From IMG/VR virus record IMGVR_UViG_3300025133_000073, positions 1 to 64,000 of that record: a stretch of DNA of 64,000 bases; one strand, written 5' to 3'. Below the pieces are notes generated by a model. The model was not told the origin of the DNA. It saw only the letters and a list, made by a program, of their open reading frames with translations, and did no database searches. Both the position numbers and the translations under genes were made by a program. This DNA is from a virus. Positions 58,635-64,000 of this stretch are shown piece by piece. Position 1 is the stretch's first letter; the number at the start of each line of letters is the position of its first letter.

Positions 58635-58666
58635 CAAAATTAAACGCATTAATGCGTAATATCAAG
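58635..58666 (-). promoter_or_regulatory. Bacteroidota-type promoter (TTG-N20-TAATTTTG) with a 14-bp palindrome in the spacer
   Basis: Minus strand CTTGATATT-ACGCATTAATGCGT-T-TAATTTTG-AAAATTAGAA-ATG. Confidence 0.7.
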
Positions 58667-58693
58667 ATATCCATCATTTAAACACGATATTGC

Positions 58694-61078
58694 TTATGCA
58701 CTTTTTGGTGCTTTGTTGATTTTCTGTTTTGCAATGCGTTCAGCTGACTCTCTATCAAGACGGTTCTCCCTCGACTCGTGAGCATGGGTATCATCTACCT
58801 TATTAAGCTCTGAATCGATCTTCTCAACAACATCGGCTGATGTTGCTGTCTTCAATGCGTGCTCTATCACGCCTTTCACCTTGGCAAGGTTGATACTTCC
58901 TTCTTCTCTCACCTTCTCAAGTCTCTCATTCATGGCAGCTCTGAACTCTTCAAGTTCCTGTGCTTTCGCCATCTTCATTTCTTCTACCTGCTGTACAGCC
59001 TGTTGCTGTTGCTTGGCTGCCTCAGCTTCCTGCTGACCCTTCTGTACCTCAGCATTCTCTATCTTCCTTCTCTTAGAACTGATGGAAGGATCCATAAGGA
59101 TATCCATTATCTGTCCAAGATTGACCTTATCTCTCTGCAATCCTGCCTGTGCGATCTGAGTAAGACTCTGCTTCATGTTCTCATAATCAGGAGTATTGGT
59201 AAGAGTAAGACCATAATGTATCTCAGCAAAATCATCTCCGTGCATCATCTGATTGAACATCGTCTGCTCATCTGTCACGTACATCACATGGATATTACGT
59301 CCCTTATATGCAAACTTCGCAAGTTCAAGTGTAGCACGCAGTACTGCAAGTTTGATCCTGTCATGCAATGCAAAGTATATCTCCGTAATATGAGAGGACT
59401 GCATCACAGCTCGTTCAGTATTACCTACAAGTTCATGATTACTGATAGCACCCTCACGTTGTCTGGTAACTCCTGATATGGTTGATATCTCCTCCTTCAG
59501 AAAGTTGAGCATCAACATGTTCTGTTCAATATAGTTTCCCATATCGAAGTTCATAGGAACCCTATTATTGTTCATATTACCTGCAAGAGCTCCTGTTGCT
59601 GCACCTTTCTTTGCTTCCTTGAAGCTGTCAATTGGAAACCATCCCATCTTCTCAGCAAAGTATATTGCATCGTGCTCATCCCATCCTTCAGGTATCATAG
59701 CAAGGTCAAGATATCCTACGGTACCCTTATGCTTGGTCATTGTCTCCCACTGCTTATGCATCAGAAAGTCATAATAGTAAGCGTAAGGCTTCATACGTGC
59801 CATAAGAGAAGTAGTAGGTTCTCCCTCTACTGTATAATCTCCTCCTACGTAAGGACAGAGAGTACCTGTAGGATTGAGAATATCATGTGACTTTACAGGG
59901 AAAGGCTGCATCTTAACATAGATATCCTCACCTATGCGTGTACCTTCCCACCAATCTGTCACCCAGATATACTTCTCGATCCTTTCTCCCTTATTAAGAC
60001 GGGGCTCATAGAACTCATCAACAAAGGTCTTCTCTTCAACTCCTGTTCTCTCATCATAATACACAAGCTTACCTATCTTACGATATGCTCTCCATACCAC
60101 ACGTGTGACAAGTACCGATCCGTCCTCACCGAAAGGCGCAAGGAACTTAGTGGTCATACCTGCAGCATCAGAAGGTACAAGATTTCCATCTGCATCCTCT
60201 ATCATAGAGAAGGTCCCTGCCATAAGATCAGGATAAGCACCTGTTGCTACTGACTCATCAGTACCTGAAGATGCTCCACTTGTTATACCACTGTTCTCGA
60301 TATGTGTTACTTGTTTAGGTGATAGGAAGTCATTGAAATCATCTATGACATTTCCTCGGGAGTGATATCCCCATTCTACAATGATGTCGGCATCTGCCAC
60401 ATCGGGGGAATTACCCTTCCTGATGACCTTCACCTGTGATGGATTACATTTCCTTACCCGTGGATCACCATTGACAACATCAAGAGCATATATCTCTCTT
60501 CCTTCAATAAGACCGTCCATGAATCCCAAGGTCCATTTATAAGGAATTTCCTCTTTTGCCATCACGTGACGCAACAGGTGTGTCCCTCTTCGCTCTCGGA
60601 TGTCCTGGTATTCATACTTGAGAAAGTTATCAAAGTTTCTCATCTCAACCATCATCTCCTGCTTGGACTGATTACTTGAAGCAAGCTCTGTCAACTTCTG
60701 CACAGTGAGATCCTTCATGTTCCTCTCCTTCTCAGAGATGGCATCAGGATTTATCACAGCAAGTTTCCAATCAAACCTTCTCTTCTCTTCTTCACCTGCG
60801 AGTAGATTGATCTTACCATTGGCAATAGGATAATGCTGAGGAGCAAAAGGGAAGTCCTTTGATTGTACATTCATCGGATCACACATGCTCATCATATCAT
60901 CAGAATCAAGAACACTGTTGTACAGATCCCTGTTGATACGCATCTCTCTATATTCTCCCATGTAGGTGCTCGTATAGATCCCCATGTCGCATCCTGCCTT
61001 GGTACATTTCTCAGCCCAATTCTTTGTCTTTTCCTTTTCGTTCTTCTTCTGAGGAGGAAAATCTGTTCTGTCTTTCAT
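58694..61078 (-). CDS. Portal protein
   Basis: 794 aa; FPPQK...K...W, HYPIANGKINLLAGEE.KR, WWEGTRIG, ISGVTRQREG, VGNTERAV.QSSHITE; follows TerL. Confidence 0.9.
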   Translation of the reverse strand: MKDRTDFPPQKKNEKEKTKNWAEKCTKAGCDMGIYTSTYMGEYREMRINRDLYNSVLDSDDMMSMCDPMNVQSKDFPFAPQHYPIANGKINLLAGEEEKRRFDWKLAVINPDAISEKERNMKDLTVQKLTELASSNQSKQEMMVEMRNFDNFLKYEYQDIRERRGTHLLRHVMAKEEIPYKWTLGFMDGLIEGREIYALDVVNGDPRVRKCNPSQVKVIRKGNSPDVADADIIVEWGYHSRGNVIDDFNDFLSPKQVTHIENSGITSGASSGTDESVATGAYPDLMAGTFSMIEDADGNLVPSDAAGMTTKFLAPFGEDGSVLVTRVVWRAYRKIGKLVYYDERTGVEEKTFVDEFYEPRLNKGERIEKYIWVTDWWEGTRIGEDIYVKMQPFPVKSHDILNPTGTLCPYVGGDYTVEGEPTTSLMARMKPYAYYYDFLMHKQWETMTKHKGTVGYLDLAMIPEGWDEHDAIYFAEKMGWFPIDSFKEAKKGAATGALAGNMNNNRVPMNFDMGNYIEQNMLMLNFLKEEISTISGVTRQREGAISNHELVGNTERAVMQSSHITEIYFALHDRIKLAVLRATLELAKFAYKGRNIHVMYVTDEQTMFNQMMHGDDFAEIHYGLTLTNTPDYENMKQSLTQIAQAGLQRDKVNLGQIMDILMDPSISSKRRKIENAEVQKGQQEAEAAKQQQQAVQQVEEMKMAKAQELEEFRAAMNERLEKVREEGSINLAKVKGVIEHALKTATSADVVEKIDSELNKVDDTHAHESRENRLDRESAERIAKQKINKAPKSA

Positions 61079-63519
61079 CGTGTCTTTCTTTTACTCATGA
61101 ATCTATCTATGGCACTGACATGTTCCTTATCGTGACCACGTGCTACGAACCTCTCTCCCATCTGAGGGCGAGCATTAAGGATGAACCGACTTATAGGCAC
61201 CTTATCAGTAGTAGTGTGATCGTCAGAAATGAGATTCCGTTTTTCCAGGTCTGCTCTGAATATCAGTAACATTCCCAACGCTGAGATCCTATCGTAGTTG
61301 CCCACTTCAGGATCATACGCTATCAGTTCCTGCAACAACGCAGGAGAAACTATCGTTTGATAATTCCTTGTTCCGTCCTCTCTCCCGTACGCCTGTTCAA
61401 GCAGATATGAACGTATCAGAGAATTTCTCCATCCGTTCACTCCTTTTGTAGTATTGGTACCTTTTGCAGCATTGCCCCTTGCCGCTATCTTTGTCATCTG
61501 CATATCACGCAATATCTTAGGTGTATCACACAACATATATGTCGAATTGATCCTATCAAAATACTGGAACATACCTTTCTTGTTGTTCTCGTAATTGCAG
61601 TACGCATTATAATGTTTCATCAGCCTATAGCATATCTCATAGAATTCTTCAGCAGTTGAAGGACGTCCCGTATACTCGGCAACTATCCTCGATGTGAAAT
61701 AATTCATGATAAAGATACTACCTAAAGATGGACCTGACGACACATCATCATCATAAGGGTCACATCCTGCTATATATGTATGCGGAGAAATGTGTCCATT
61801 GATAGGAGGCTCGAATAATTCTACACATCCTTTGATGTTACGTGTCTCAATGATAGGGAATATTCTGATAGGCATCGATTCAGGACTGTTACACACAACC
61901 TTCCCATCACTCATGGTAAGTCGTGTCTTCCATGATGCATCAGTATACTTCTTAGGATTGGTCTCAACCTCTCCGAGATGTATCTTCATATCCTCCACAT
62001 TGAAGATGTGCCCCTCGCGTCTCATACATGCCTCATTGGGAGTAATACTCCTATCAGCCTTCTCCTGTACGAGCGCATTGGGGTCATCTGTTGAGCGTGC
62101 TATCACGCGTCTCATTGAGAATATCTCCAAAAGTGCCTGTATCACATTGGAGTTTCCATTCTCATCCATACATCCTTCACGATTGAGATACTCACCGTGA
62201 TAGAAACCACATCTTGCATTGAGAGGAGCATTACGGTCGAACACATTCTGAATACCGTACATGTTCCATGCATCAGGTTTGAAGAACACCTCCTTGATAC
62301 CCTCGAAGTCAGCTCCCTCTGTACCACCTGTACCCCATGCTACGATCATTCCGAACACATTCCTTCCCTGCTCTACCGAAGGACGGGCGATCGACAGCGT
62401 CTTTTTGAAATGTGGGAACTTTCCAGACTCCTCGAACAGTACTGTCCTACCTCTCTTACCTCTTGCGCGTTCAGGTTGACCTTTTGTAGATACCCCAATG
62501 ATCTCGGTCTTGATACCTTTCTCAGTCTTTGTTCTAACATCCTTATAGGATGCCTTCTTATGCATCTGTCTATCAGCATAATCTCTTGATTTTTTCCATG
62601 GCGTGTGATTATCAATGAAGTTCATCACATCCCATGCCTTGTTAAGTATACCGTCACCTACCAGATAATCTCCTTCAGATGCAATAGCATATGATTTGGA
62701 GTTCTTATAATGATAATAGTTATTGGTGAGTTCTCCTCCACCCTTGAATGAATACCCTCTACCCCTTGTCTTTATGTTCGATCCATGTTTACCGATACCC
62801 CTTGCCTGTCCGAGATAATGATACCATAGGTAATCACCGTCCCAACATCTTGGAAAATCCTCTACACGTTCAGCAGCTACAGTATCCATACCGAAGGCCT
62901 CAACATTCAAACCTTCATAGACCATGTTCTCAGGATCATCAGATTCAGCAAAAGCATCTGCTCCCGCATTGAGAGCATCTATTGCTTCATCATCAAGTTC
63001 CTCAATATCCTCGGTCAATAGGATGGGACAGTAGTTCATGTACCAATAATGCGTACCTGTTACCCATTCTCCATCCTTCTTTCTAACATACCCTTCTCTA
63101 CATCGTCTCTGCTCTTCTTTCCAGAATCGCATGTACCGTGAGTTCTTCTGTCTATTGGGAATGAGATCACAATACCTATCATTCTCCTTAAAGAATATAG
63201 CACGTTCTCTGAAGAAGTCCATATCCTCAAGAATATGAGGATCTACAACATCCACCCATATACGACCGTTGGGATCCTCCTTTCTCTTACGTGGAGAATT
63301 AGGTCTATCATACCTCTTCAGATCTGATGCCTTCTTCCGTGTCTTCTTAGTAAGATTGTATAGAAAAGGGATCTCCTTTATCGCCAGGACAATATCTGCC
63401 CTGATCTCATCGTCAGTAATACTGTTGATCGCTACACTTGTCTCAAATGTAAGATCATCAAGGAACATGCGCTCCTGCGATATGTCAGTCTGGATTATCA
63501 CTTGCGTCTTCAAATTCAC
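61075..63519 (-). CDS. terL: Terminase large subunit
   Basis: Walker A-like KTRGRGYS, Walker B VLFEESG, WGTGG coupling motif, RNase H-like YIAGCDPYD, YENN, NYDRISAL. Confidence 0.93.
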   Translation of the reverse strand: MNLKTQVIIQTDISQERMFLDDLTFETSVAINSITDDEIRADIVLAIKEIPFLYNLTKKTRKKASDLKRYDRPNSPRKRKEDPNGRIWVDVVDPHILEDMDFFRERAIFFKENDRYCDLIPNRQKNSRYMRFWKEEQRRCREGYVRKKDGEWVTGTHYWYMNYCPILLTEDIEELDDEAIDALNAGADAFAESDDPENMVYEGLNVEAFGMDTVAAERVEDFPRCWDGDYLWYHYLGQARGIGKHGSNIKTRGRGYSFKGGGELTNNYYHYKNSKSYAIASEGDYLVGDGILNKAWDVMNFIDNHTPWKKSRDYADRQMHKKASYKDVRTKTEKGIKTEIIGVSTKGQPERARGKRGRTVLFEESGKFPHFKKTLSIARPSVEQGRNVFGMIVAWGTGGTEGADFEGIKEVFFKPDAWNMYGIQNVFDRNAPLNARCGFYHGEYLNREGCMDENGNSNVIQALLEIFSMRRVIARSTDDPNALVQEKADRSITPNEACMRREGHIFNVEDMKIHLGEVETNPKKYTDASWKTRLTMSDGKVVCNSPESMPIRIFPIIETRNIKGCVELFEPPINGHISPHTYIAGCDPYDDDVSSGPSLGSIFIMNYFTSRIVAEYTGRPSTAEEFYEICYRLMKHYNAYCNYENNKKGMFQYFDRINSTYMLCDTPKILRDMQMTKIAARGNAAKGTNTTKGVNGWRNSLIRSYLLEQAYGREDGTRNYQTIVSPALLQELIAYDPEVGNYDRISALGMLLIFRADLEKRNLISDDHTTTDKVPISRFILNARPQMGERFVARGHDKEHVSAIDRFMSKRKTR

Positions 63520-64000
63520 CTTTCACCCTACCTCCTCTGAGCATAAGATCATCTGCGATCTCACTCTCAACAAGTCTCTGCATATCAATGAGAGCCTTTA
63601 TCACCTGAGGAGTACCCTTCTGTATATCCTGCAATTGTTTAGGACTCCATATCAGTTTACCTGACTTATCACGTTCATCAAAGTCTGCATCTGCAAGCAT
63701 CTTCTCCTGCTTACGCTGATTTGCCCACGCTATCTCAAGACTGTCCATTGAACGTGTACGCGAGAGTTCCTTATACTTATCACATGCAGCAAATACTCCT
63801 TCATCAGGTTCCCATCCTTCATAGATATCCTCTGCGATATATTTCCATCGTTCCTCCTTATCTTTGATCATGTAAGGAGATCTCATATCAGCATACAGAT
63901 AGACCGCACCAAGCTCGGCAAGAGCAAGGTCACGGTCTTCTGTTCTCTCATATAAATGTTTGAACTCCTTTATCATAAGAGCTACTGGCTCAACGTCCAG
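63485..64000 (-). CDS. Conserved gene upstream of TerL (putative small terminase subunit; 5' end truncated)
   Basis: The frame stays open to the window edge (LDVEPVAL-MIKEF...). ELGAVYLYADMRSPY motif; overlaps the terL start. Confidence 0.6.
   Translation of the reverse strand: MDVEPVALMIKEFKHLYERTEDRDLALAELGAVYLYADMRSPYMIKDKEERWKYIAEDIYEGWEPDEGVFAACDKYKELSRTRSMDSLEIAWANQRKQEKMLADADFDERDKSGKLIWSPKQLQDIQKGTPQVIKALIDMQRLVESEIADDLMLRGGRVKGEFEDASDNPD

Noticed and set aside
6855-63664. Numerous + strand ORFs of 60-205 aa antisense to the structural genes, and - strand ORFs inside nrdJ/ung
   Set aside because: They are shadow frames of long, motif-bearing genes and have no recognisable motifs.
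5343-64000. Stop-codon reassignment (TAG/TGA), common in some crAss lineages
   Set aside because: Very long ORFs (up to 3680 aa) are intact in code 11 with dense packing, TGA and TAG serve as real stops, and no suppressor tRNA is seen.

Overview
This window is a 64-kb internal fragment of a crAss-like phage (order Crassvirales, probably an environmental lineage infecting Bacteroidota), read in the standard genetic code. Bases 1-5303 (+ strand) are the end of a nucleotide-metabolism block: uracil-DNA glycosylase, small hypotheticals and a class II B12-dependent ribonucleotide reductase. A bidirectional terminator follows at about 5313-5336. The rest (5343-64000, - strand) is the virion/late module in the canonical crAss order: putative small terminase, TerL, portal, scaffold-like protein, major capsid protein, two conserved virion genes, auxiliary capsid protein, Cys-rich tail hub and fibre genes, lysis genes (holin, DUF5675 endolysin, overlapping spanin-like pairs), a metallophosphoesterase, ring and IHF-like proteins, the muzzle/tail-stabilisation protein, and six large cargo/ejection proteins including a 3680-aa virion RNA polymerase with the DFDID motif. 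The most interesting signals are four. (1) A candidate virion-delivered, colicin-like effector cassette (ADP-ribosyltransferase-like plus zincin) in the C-terminal third of the 2641-aa cargo protein, apparently inserted into a split module. (2) Recurrent A-x-G-G and TonB-box-like motifs across the cargo proteins. (3) A minimal vSET-like lysine methyltransferase embedded among the tail-fibre genes. (4) Bacteroidota-type TAnnTTTG late promoters, one with a palindromic spacer. All annotations come from motif recognition and synteny; no searches were run.
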